A DNA stretch of 64,000 nt. Origin: Dimorphilus gyrociliatus. Taxonomy: Eukaryota > Animalia > Annelida. Shown one piece after another: positions 51,177 to 60,020 of this stretch. The position numbers and the translations under genes are program-made. Position 1 is the first letter of the stretch. Every line of letters begins with the position of its first letter. The notes under the pieces are model-generated. The model saw nothing but the letters and a program-made list of their open reading frames with translations, did no database searches and was not told where the DNA came from. The stretch spans positions 1 to 64,000 of the forward strand of contig CAJFCJ010000051.1 of the NCBI GenBank assembly GCA_904063045.1, in the 5' to 3' direction.

Positions 51177-52416
51177 AGACTCTATTACCAGTATCTCGAC
51201 CCTACGTTCTATAGTAATTAGAGGGTAACCTTTCAAAAATCGCAGGTATAACAATCAGGTAAGTCACTTTTCATAAAATGTAACAGAAGAAGACCTAGAT
51301 TCAATTCTATGTTCCTTCCTCTGTACATATATGGCCAATCCTATTTGCATGGGGCGGTCCAGAGCCCTATTCATTACCGCACCATGAAATATAACTGAAT
51401 CTAAGATAAGGGGTGATTTCACCTCCAATTTGGACTTAGAATATTTTTGAAAAATTTATTGACTTTTTTCAGTCGAAATTTTTCTAAGTCCAAAACCTAA
51501 CACTGTGTTAGGCTGGACTTAGAATATTTTCGGAAAATATTTTTTCCAAAATCTTTCTAAGTACCCAGGCGAATGTAACGTTTTTACAGGTAATTAACAT
51601 GACAATGAACTTAGAAAATTAATGATTTTCGCGAAATCTTTACAAGTCCAGAGCCTCAGTGAAGGCCAATTTTTCAAAATCGTCGGATTGCTTTCAAACT
51701 TGAATCCAAGCTTGCCCCTACGTTGGAAAGATAGAAAAAAATATTTTTATTTTTCTACCCGAACTCGGAAAATTTTCGATTTTCGAAGCTCAGCCACTCC
51801 TGAACTGTAAGAGCTACATGGTCGTGTAGCATATCAGTGAAAAGCTCTTTTCGAGCTCTATCACCTCCAACAAAATTGAAACGTCTAGGATGACGCATAA
51901 CGAAACTCCTAAACGGCCCAGATTTGGGACATTTTTGTCACATCACTGATTTTTTTGGATCAAAACTAACTCTTTGATATATATATCCTTAGGGTACTAT
52001 GTAGCATAAGGTCTGTAGACCCATGTTAAACTTTCAACCCCTTATATATATCAGACACACTTGTTCCTGTATGTAAGGAATACACTGAGAGATGGTTGAA
52101 GGTAGAGGTTATGGTTACATTAGACTGCTCATGTATGATTGTCAATGGGTTGTCTTTGTGTTGATTGGGAAACCAGAAGGGACCTTTTGTTGGGGAACTT
52201 TTGTTCACTGCCAACTGTCAACCATCTGTTCTCTCATAGAGAGGTGTCTCCCCACAAATTACCCCATTCTTTATTATTTAACAATTGTTCAGAACAGGTC
52301 CCATGTCTGTCCAGTCTGTACCTTCTTCTCTGCTGAGTTAAGTGTTGGTTCCATTATCTTAGGTTAGGGTTAGTTGTAAAGTTTCACTAATTTGTATCTT
52401 TTTAGGGGGCTATAGC

Positions 52417-52450
52417 TTAGGGTTAGGATAGGTTAGGGTTAGGGTTAGGG
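52417..52450 (+). repeat. Interstitial telomeric repeat tract (with more TTAGGG at 52359-52373)
   Basis: ttagggttaggataggttagggttagggttaggg, read directly. Confidence 0.93.
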
Positions 52451-52646
52451 TTTTTGTAATGTTGAACTAGATACTAAGATCTAAGTTCTGATGAAAGTTG
52501 AATAACTTCCACCAAAGTTTCAAGAGATTCCACAATGGTATGGAATGCAAGAGTAAGAACACTCTGTACAAGTAAGACTATCTACAACTGATTGATGAAA
52601 AATGTTCAGTTTATGTTTTAATTTTTTGATGGTTACTAAGAATAGT

Positions 52647-52696
52647 TGACCTACCATGGTTTCGTCTTCCCCTTTTGCAAAGACTCATCAGGGTCA
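52647..52696 (-). ncRNA. Minimal type I hammerhead ribozyme
   Basis: UGACC CUGAUGA GUCUU-UGCAAAAGGGG-AAGAC GAA ACCAUGGU A^GGUCA: perfect core and stems. Confidence 0.92.
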
Positions 52697-53255
52697 TTTC
52701 AGAAGATAGCTTCACTTACACTACCTTGAAGGGGAGGTCAGGACCAATTCTGCAATTGTATCCTGCCTTGCATTCCATTTTTGTCATAAGATTGATGAAT
52801 GTGTATATATTGAATGGAAGAGGGAATGTTTTGTAACTGTATGTCTAATGATGTTTGTGTGTGTTTTTTGTAATGTCAACTTGTGGAAGTTGAATTTTGT
52901 AATCAATGTATGTTTGTTTGCATGAATGAACATATGAGTATTTTTGTGTTTTGTAATAATTTTTGTTTTAATTTTTTTGTAAGCTGGATGATCAGACATA
53001 GAATCCAACTTGTACTGTTCTTCAAACCCCTTGACTCTCCTTACTTCTGATTAGGTTTTTGTAATGTTGAACTAGATACTAAGATCTAAGTTCTGATGAA
53101 AGTTGAATAACTTCCACCAAAGTTTCAAGAGATTCCACAATGGTATGGAATGCAAGAGTAAGAACACTCTGTACAAGCAAGACTATCTACAACTGATTGA
53201 TGAAAAATGTGTGTTCAGTTTTTGTTCTAATTTTTTGATGGTTACTAAGAATAGT

Positions 53256-53305
53256 TGACCTACCATGGTTTCGTCTTCCCCTTTTGCAAAGACTCATCAG
53301 GGTCA
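53256..53305 (-). ncRNA. Minimal type I hammerhead ribozyme (identical to 52647-52696)
   Basis: Same sequence as the copy at 52647-52696. Confidence 0.92.
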
Positions 53306-53672
53306 TTTCAGAAGATAGCTTCACTTACACTACCTTGAAGGGGAGGTCAGGACCAATTCTGCAATTGTATCCTGCCTTGCATTCTATTTTAGTTGGATGA
53401 TTGTGTTTTAGAGGATACATGTTTGTAATTTTAATTTTGGAACAGATTTTTTTCTTTGTACAATGTTTGAGTTATGTAGACTGTATAAAGTAAATTCATA
53501 TTTGTCTGATAAGTCTTATTTCAACAAGGAAGAAATGGCTTTGTTTAATGAATTAATTTTGAATGGATATGGTTTTTACTTGACAAAGAAACAAAAATTA
53601 CTTCAAAGAAACAATATTGTACTTTTCTTTGAACAGATAAATTATAGAAATGTATAACTCACCCTGGTTTTC

Positions 53673-53885
53673 TTACACGTTGTGTTCTGAAAATTTCTTC
53701 CTAATGCAGCCTGTAGAAGGTTTTTGGGTTATTTTTGTCTTTGTTTTGTTGTTTCTTGAGGCTGATTTCTTTTTATGATGGTATTTTTTTTCAACTGATG
53801 ATATGTGGCTTGTTGTTACCCTTTTATAGGTGGTGGTTATGCAATTGACATATATCAAGATATTGCATTTTTTCTTGAAGGGCAT
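53673..53885 (-). CDS. Small basic ORF (70 aa), possible accessory peptide
   Basis: ATG preceded by the acceptor-like cttacacag; Lys-rich; no recognised homology. Confidence 0.25.
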   Translation of the reverse strand: MPFKKKCNILIYVNCITTTYKRVTTSHISSVEKKYHHKKKSASRNNKTKTKITQKPSTGCIRKKFSEHNV

Positions 53886-54168
53886 GTTTTACTGTGTAAG
53901 TCCTTCCTGGGATATGTCTGTTGACCATCTGTTGCTTCTATATGGTAAAGTAAATACAAGGGATTTATGATGGACCTACAAATTTAATGAACTACAATAA
54001 ATGTATTTTTTTTGGTCTAAACAAACACAACATCAAAATGGACTAATATAATGTATGTTTTCTAAAATTGCTTTTTTCTTCTTAGGCTTGATAAAATTAT
54101 TCATTTGAAATATAAACATGCAAAGAATTAATAATTTTTATGGTTGAAAGTAACACTTCTGATTAATT

Positions 54169-55230
54169 TTACTGTTGATTTGAAGCTTGGAGAATTGGTC
54201 TGTTTAATTTCTTTTTTCTTCCAGTTCTACTTTGTTGTTGTTGAAAGACTTCTTTACACTTGACCATAATTTCATTGGTAATCAAGTGTTGAACAATATT
54301 TCTCAAAGAAGACATCTTTCCAGGCAGAACAATACCATGAAAAGGATCTCCTCTTATGATGGTATTAATATCAATAATTTTTGTAAACATGTTGTTCAAG
54401 TTTTCAGATTGTGAGGCTGGTTGTTGATGCAGATCACTTTTTTTGATGTTATATTGCATAAATAATAAGCATTCATTAGTAACTCCAGTGCTTTTATACA
54501 AAGCTTTAAAATTATCATCAGCATCATTAATGGTGTTAAAGGGAATGTGAAGTGCTGTTATATGACTTTTTATTTTCCATTTGGATATAATTTCTTTACA
54601 ATTTTGAAAGGTTAAGCCAGAAATGTTTATAATGAGAACAGTTCCAAAAAAGCTGATGTTTCTTTTAACATCTTCTACCTGAATTAAATCTAAGTCACCC
54701 AAACTTTCATCACTTAAAAGAAGTAAATTAATTTTGTTGGGAAATCCTACAGCTGGTTGTTGTATTTTCATAAGATTGGTAATTTCTTCCTTTCCAAGAT
54801 TCACTCCAATTTCTGTAAAAGATCTTACCATTTCATTAATATTTGAATTGTGTTTTCTATTAATTTTCATGGTATTGTTATATTTTAGAATATCATCAGT
54901 TTCATTAAGTTGTTGTAAAATCAATTCTACCAATTGTTCCTTGTTGATACTATTTGATATGCCTTCTTCATTAAGCCACAATTTTTCATTGCAAAATTTT
55001 TTAAACTTTAACATTTTTTCTACAACATCTTTCTCATATTGACTTGGATCAAAAGTTGGTGGGTGAATTTTATTGTCTCTTTTAAACCTTTGAAGATGAT
55101 TATAAAAAGTTCCAAAATTGAAAAATTGTTCAAAAGAACATTGCAGGAAATGTTCCATTTCAATTGTTTCATTGATGATTATTTGGTCATTTTCTACTCT
55201 TTGAACTTGATTTGGTTGCATGTTTGCCAT
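54169..55230 (-). CDS. Accessory ORF1-like protein: A-like N-terminus fused to a degenerate SGNH/GDSL-like domain
   Basis: 353 aa. QRFKRDNKIHPPTFDPSQYEKDV resembles the A ORFs. LLLLSDESL...VLIINISGLTF...IISKWKI...LHIPFN...GDPFH matches the SGNH block pattern. Confidence 0.7.
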   Translation of the reverse strand: MANMQPNQVQRVENDQIIINETIEMEHFLQCSFEQFFNFGTFYNHLQRFKRDNKIHPPTFDPSQYEKDVVEKMLKFKKFCNEKLWLNEEGISNSINKEQLVELILQQLNETDDILKYNNTMKINRKHNSNINEMVRSFTEIGVNLGKEEITNLMKIQQPAVGFPNKINLLLLSDESLGDLDLIQVEDVKRNISFFGTVLIINISGLTFQNCKEIISKWKIKSHITALHIPFNTINDADDNFKALYKSTGVTNECLLFMQYNIKKSDLHQQPASQSENLNNMFTKIIDINTIIRGDPFHGIVLPGKMSSLRNIVQHLITNEIMVKCKEVFQQQQSRTGRKKKLNRPILQASNQQ

Positions 55231-55397
55231 TTTGGAAGATCTAAATACAAGAAATTTTTATTGTAAAAGTTTTTGCAATTTTGTAACATAATACAAAAAA
55301 TAATTTTAAATGAAGAAAGATAGACTACATGAACATAGGCTACACTGAACAGAATTAATCATTCTAAACTAAATCCTTCTAAAAATGTATTCAAAGC

Positions 55398-58300
55398 TTA
55401 AATTTTCTTCTTAATCCTACGTCCAGTTCTAATTATTTTCTCCACAGCAGTTGTTGGTTGTAAATCATCTGTTTTATCATCCATCTTTCTTTTTGTGGCA
55501 AACTTTCTTGTTATTGTATCAAATTTAGGTCTTTTCTCTGGTAGAGAAGAAGGAGTAGTAGAGTTAGATGTATTATCAGACACATTTTTTCTTTTGTAAA
55601 AATGTTTGATTGTAGGTGGTACAGCTTTATTCATTGAATCTTGGTATTTTTGTGGTGTTTCCTTATCTGATGAACTCTTTTTATCAAATAAAGATGATAT
55701 ATTGTGTTTTTCCTGTTTAAAGTAAACATTGTTATTAATTAATTTGAAATAACTACTGACATTGTTTGTAAAAGCAAATATCAGGGGAATATTTTTATAT
55801 ACCAAATAATTTTTTCCAAAATTTCTATAAGTTATTGCTATTTTTTTTAATAAGGGTCCAATATCATTTCTATATGGAATAACAAATGGTACTCTTGTAA
55901 AAACTTGACAACTGGTGTATCTGGCTAAACCAAAGGGATAATAAAGAATATGTTTCATATTCAAGTGATAAACATATCTATTAATTTCAACAGTTGATAT
56001 ATCTTTTTCAATTTGTTCATAGGGAAATATTGTTATGTTTAATTGATTTTCTGCAAAATGTTGATGTTGTATAAAGTTTTCAACAAGCTCATCATTTTTT
56101 AATTCTAAATATTTTCTTAATAGAAGGTGTCTTAGTGTTTGGAATATGTTGACTTTGGTATATTGTTCTTGTAAGTGGAAATACATCAATTGTGCACATT
56201 CTTTACATTGTAGAAGAAATATTTTTGAATTTTTTGTTATCAAGTCTATTGAATTTTTCCTATAGAAGAAATTTAATCTAAGAGGGCAGAATATCTTTTC
56301 TCTGGTGTTAAAATATATGTTTAAGTCTTCAGGAATGCAAAGATTCTTATTTCTATTTTCTTCTAAATTGTATTGGTATTTTTCTTTCTTGTATTTTTCT
56401 TCAAGCACTGTATTTATTGCCTTCCGAATTTCTTTTGATGTGTAGCCTTGGTATAAAAGAGGTTTCATTACAGTTTGACAAGTTTGAAAAAAAAGAAATT
56501 GTGAGGAGCTATTGTTAAGAAATCTTTGAAATTGAGATTTTAGCAGTCCTTTAAAAACATGCTTGGGATGAAGAGAACTCTTGTGAAGTTGATGAAAAGT
56601 ATCACATTCTTTAAAGAAAGTCATATAATCAAGTTGATTGTTTGAAAGAAATCTTGTTCCCTTAAAGAGAGTTAAATCTAAGAAATTGATGCAATTATAG
56701 CTGACAGTTTCTTCAAACTTTAAATTTTTCAATATATTATTTGCTTTCTGAAGATACTTGTGAAATTCAGGCACTCCACTTGTCCAAATTAAGAAAATAT
56801 CATCCAAATATCTCTTGTAAAATAGAGGCTTAGGCTTAATATTAAAGAGGTATAATTCTTCAATCCAAGCCATCCATATATTTGCATAGGCTGGAGCATA
56901 ACTTTGACCCATTGCACAACCACTTTTTTGCAAGTAAATATTGTCTATAAATTTAAAGTGATTCTTATGTAAGTTGAATTTGAGAAGTTCAATGAGAAAC
57001 ATGTCAGGCCTCTCCTGGGAAGGATATTTTTCTAAGAAATATTTTATAGCTTTTAGTCCAGTGTAAGTATCAATATTGGTATACATACTTTTAATATCAA
57101 ATGTCACAAGGAGAGAATCATCTGGAATTTTTATTCTATCCAGTTCATCTAAAAGGTGTTGAGAATTGCCAATATATGAAGAATGCAGCATGCTAATTGG
57201 CTTGAGGTAATGAGCTAAATATCTTGATATTTCATAGGATTCTGTTCTTAAATTACTAACAACAGGTCTGCCTTTAGGAATTTTTCCTTTTATTAGCCAT
57301 TGATCTGGTTCTTTATGAATTTTCGGCAAGCCATAAAATATTCTATTTTCAAAAGAATGCTTCCTTGTAGATACAGAATTTAACAAATGTTTATATTCTT
57401 CTTCACATAAACAAACTTTAAATGTTTCAATTAGGTCTTTATAATACTTCACAGATTTTTGTAAAAACTGGTCACCACAAATATTAATATTTGAACTTGT
57501 TGATAATTGACAATATTGTTTATTATTAGAGAGTAATTGATTGCACATGTAGACATAATCTTCGGTGTTTTGTATTACAATACAAGATCCTTTATCTGAT
57601 GGTTTAATTACAATGTTTAAGGATAAAAACTTTGTTAATGACCTGAAGAATTCCTTGTCAAATTTTCTATATTTATTGAAATTGTCTTTAAAAATATTAT
57701 TCTGTATTGCTTTTTTACAACATTTAAAAAATTGCATCATATTATCACAGTCATCATCACTCTCTTCTGTATCATCTTGTTCATCTATGTAAGATATCAC
57801 TTTTTCACATTCCTTTGGTTTCCATTTATTTTTAATAAATCTAAGATTTCCCACTCTTGTTTGACTATTTTGTTTTTTAATAATTGATAGCTTTTTAAAA
57901 AATTTCTCTAAATTGAATAGTGTATATTGTTTCCATTTTGTTGGTTTAACATGTTCATACACAAACTTTAAACCCAATTTTAAAAAATTATTAATATCAT
58001 TAGGAATCTGATATTTGCTTAAATTAACAATGTACTGAGTATTTAATTGTCTATAGAAAGTTAAAAATGCTACCTTGTTGATTGTTGCATCCATTTCACA
58101 GTTTCTCTCATTGGGATGTTTGCTAATTTTGTGTAAAGTTTTCATTACCAAGTCAATAGAAAACTCTTGAGCTTTCTTGGTTAAATGCTTGGATTTGGAG
58201 TTTCCAGTTGGATTTTCCAAATATCCCAATTTTCTCATGTCTGTCAAATCAATAAGAGAGGCTTGATTATTTATAGCCTTTTGAATATCTTTACAGGAAG

Positions 58301-60020
58301 ACAGCAGTTTGGTTCCAAAAGGAATGGCTAGAATTACGTTCTTGCAAGTTCCAAACTTATCTTTTAGTAATGTAGCTACTCCAAGGGTTTGTTTAGAAGA
58401 ATTCAAATTAGCATGTATGAATATATATTGATATTGAATATTCCAATTTGTTAAAATTGGTAAAATATCATCATAATTTAATTGACTGATGTTAATTATT
58501 ATTCCAGTTTTAACACTGTTATATTTTGAAGCTGATAGTGAAATATTCTTTACTGCAACATCCCTAAATGAACTGTCAGAAATCATTAGAAATTCTGCTT
58601 TCATTGGTACATTTGGTGGTAGTAATTTTGAATAATGCTTTGCTTCTTTGTCTGATAAAAAATTCTTTCCACATTCTGCATAGAGATGAATCAATTTTTT
58701 ATCTTTCCTATAATTATTTCTCAGTATCATTCTCCAACCTTTATATTTTCTGATGTGATCTGTTATGCTCAAGACTAGTGAATTTATGCCATCAATAGTA
58801 GTATTAATATTATTTTGGATATTTTCATTAACTTGATCTTCAGATCTCTTCTGTTCCAAAGCTAACCAAAGGTCATCATCAAATAGGTCAAGTTCACTAG
58901 AATCAATTAAGATGTTTGTATTAGTATCTATGGGTGAATATGTTTTTAGAGGTGATTGTAATAGAAGAGATTCATTTCTTTTTTCATCCATAGGTGCTAT
59001 TAAATGATTGCTTTCTTTTTCAACAAATCCAGCTGTTTCCAAATGATCAATGTCAATAAAGTTCATCTTTTCAATTACTGATTGATCATCTTTTGCTTCT
59101 TGAGCCTTCTTACAGATTGAGGTTTCACATTCTGATTCATTAATAATAGATAAAACATCTTCTATGACTTTGCCTTCTAATTTGGTTGATTTTTCTTGGT
59201 GTTCTTTGAGACTTTTCTTGTTATTCCTGATTTGGTCATTAATTATAATATGATTTTTCACAATTACTGGAGTTTCTTGAACAGTCTTGAAATTTTCTTC
59301 TTTCTGGATTATCAGTGTTTCTTCAATTTCTCTATTTGTTTCTTCTTTCTCAATCATTTGTAGATCTTGGATTTCTTTATCACATATCATTTTCTCAGAG
59401 ACTAATTCTTTGTCCAGTTTCTTAATACTTGTGGTAATCTTATTTTTGGTGTCTTGATTTTTCTTATTATTTCCATTGTACTCTCCTTCAGGCATTTCTT
59501 CAGTTTGACCCTTTTTCTTACGGTTGACATTGTTTTTACATCTCATACAGAATGTAAATAATATATCCTTTGTTTTCTGAACAAATTCTTTATCCAATTT
59601 TAAAGATTTTTCTAAGAAGATCTTGGAAATCCATTTCTTGATATCAATCCCATCAAACTGTTTACATAGAATACCAAAAGTAGAACAATAGTTTTCCAAT
59701 ATGAGAAACTCTTCCAGATTTTCCATGTATTTCTTTTCAATTAAATCTTTGAAATTGTTGTAATCTTCCTTCATGGATTCTTGGAAAGGCTTTGTTATAG
59801 CAAACCTATTTGTAAAGTATAAAGAGTCTGATAAACTGCAGATTTTTTTAAAAGGAACTCTGGTATGTTTTTCAATATGTTTGTCAATGACAAATTTAAG
59901 TTGTTTATACATATCATATTTTGCTGTATTTAAATTGAGTTTGAAACATTCCTTTTCCTCAAAGATGTCTGGGTAAAACCATGGATAGAGTTGTTGCTTT
60001 GCTTTCTTTTTTTTTTCCAT
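55398..60020 (-). CDS. Penelope-like element reverse transcriptase with N-terminal SGNH-like domain and degenerate C-terminal GIY-YIG
   Basis: Uninterrupted ORF (ATG at 60020). PLE motifs: IVNLS..LKLGLKF, IKPSDKG, FYGLPKIHK, RPVVS, TFDIKSMYTNI, GCAMGQSYAPAYANIWM, YKRYLDDIFLIW, INFLDL and LHKSSLHP..SQFQR. EN remnant: KIFLLQCKECAQLMYFH...YPFGL. Confidence 0.93.
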   Translation of the reverse strand: MEKKKKAKQQLYPWFYPDIFEEKECFKLNLNTAKYDMYKQLKFVIDKHIEKHTRVPFKKICSLSDSLYFTNRFAITKPFQESMKEDYNNFKDLIEKKYMENLEEFLILENYCSTFGILCKQFDGIDIKKWISKIFLEKSLKLDKEFVQKTKDILFTFCMRCKNNVNRKKKGQTEEMPEGEYNGNNKKNQDTKNKITTSIKKLDKELVSEKMICDKEIQDLQMIEKEETNREIEETLIIQKEENFKTVQETPVIVKNHIIINDQIRNNKKSLKEHQEKSTKLEGKVIEDVLSIINESECETSICKKAQEAKDDQSVIEKMNFIDIDHLETAGFVEKESNHLIAPMDEKRNESLLLQSPLKTYSPIDTNTNILIDSSELDLFDDDLWLALEQKRSEDQVNENIQNNINTTIDGINSLVLSITDHIRKYKGWRMILRNNYRKDKKLIHLYAECGKNFLSDKEAKHYSKLLPPNVPMKAEFLMISDSSFRDVAVKNISLSASKYNSVKTGIIINISQLNYDDILPILTNWNIQYQYIFIHANLNSSKQTLGVATLLKDKFGTCKNVILAIPFGTKLLSSCKDIQKAINNQASLIDLTDMRKLGYLENPTGNSKSKHLTKKAQEFSIDLVMKTLHKISKHPNERNCEMDATINKVAFLTFYRQLNTQYIVNLSKYQIPNDINNFLKLGLKFVYEHVKPTKWKQYTLFNLEKFFKKLSIIKKQNSQTRVGNLRFIKNKWKPKECEKVISYIDEQDDTEESDDDCDNMMQFFKCCKKAIQNNIFKDNFNKYRKFDKEFFRSLTKFLSLNIVIKPSDKGSCIVIQNTEDYVYMCNQLLSNNKQYCQLSTSSNINICGDQFLQKSVKYYKDLIETFKVCLCEEEYKHLLNSVSTRKHSFENRIFYGLPKIHKEPDQWLIKGKIPKGRPVVSNLRTESYEISRYLAHYLKPISMLHSSYIGNSQHLLDELDRIKIPDDSLLVTFDIKSMYTNIDTYTGLKAIKYFLEKYPSQERPDMFLIELLKFNLHKNHFKFIDNIYLQKSGCAMGQSYAPAYANIWMAWIEELYLFNIKPKPLFYKRYLDDIFLIWTSGVPEFHKYLQKANNILKNLKFEETVSYNCINFLDLTLFKGTRFLSNNQLDYMTFFKECDTFHQLHKSSLHPKHVFKGLLKSQFQRFLNNSSSQFLFFQTCQTVMKPLLYQGYTSKEIRKAINTVLEEKYKKEKYQYNLEENRNKNLCIPEDLNIYFNTREKIFCPLRLNFFYRKNSIDLITKNSKIFLLQCKECAQLMYFHLQEQYTKVNIFQTLRHLLLRKYLELKNDELVENFIQHQHFAENQLNITIFPYEQIEKDISTVEINRYVYHLNMKHILYYPFGLARYTSCQVFTRVPFVIPYRNDIGPLLKKIAITYRNFGKNYLVYKNIPLIFAFTNNVSSYFKLINNNVYFKQEKHNISSLFDKKSSSDKETPQKYQDSMNKAVPPTIKHFYKRKNVSDNTSNSTTPSSLPEKRPKFDTITRKFATKRKMDDKTDDLQPTTAVEKIIRTGRRIKKKI

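Larger units (their letters stand above)
52452..53385 (-). repeat. pLTR-like direct repeats (~325 bp; 52452-52775 and 53055-53385), family II 3' end
   Basis: Two near-identical copies, each with a hammerhead, separated by ~280 bp. Confidence 0.88.

Noticed and set aside
52487-52510. Plus-strand CTGATGA hairpins (52488, 53093) and CTGACGA (48068) as hammerheads
   Set aside because: A stem follows, but the required GAAA and stem III/UH site are absent.
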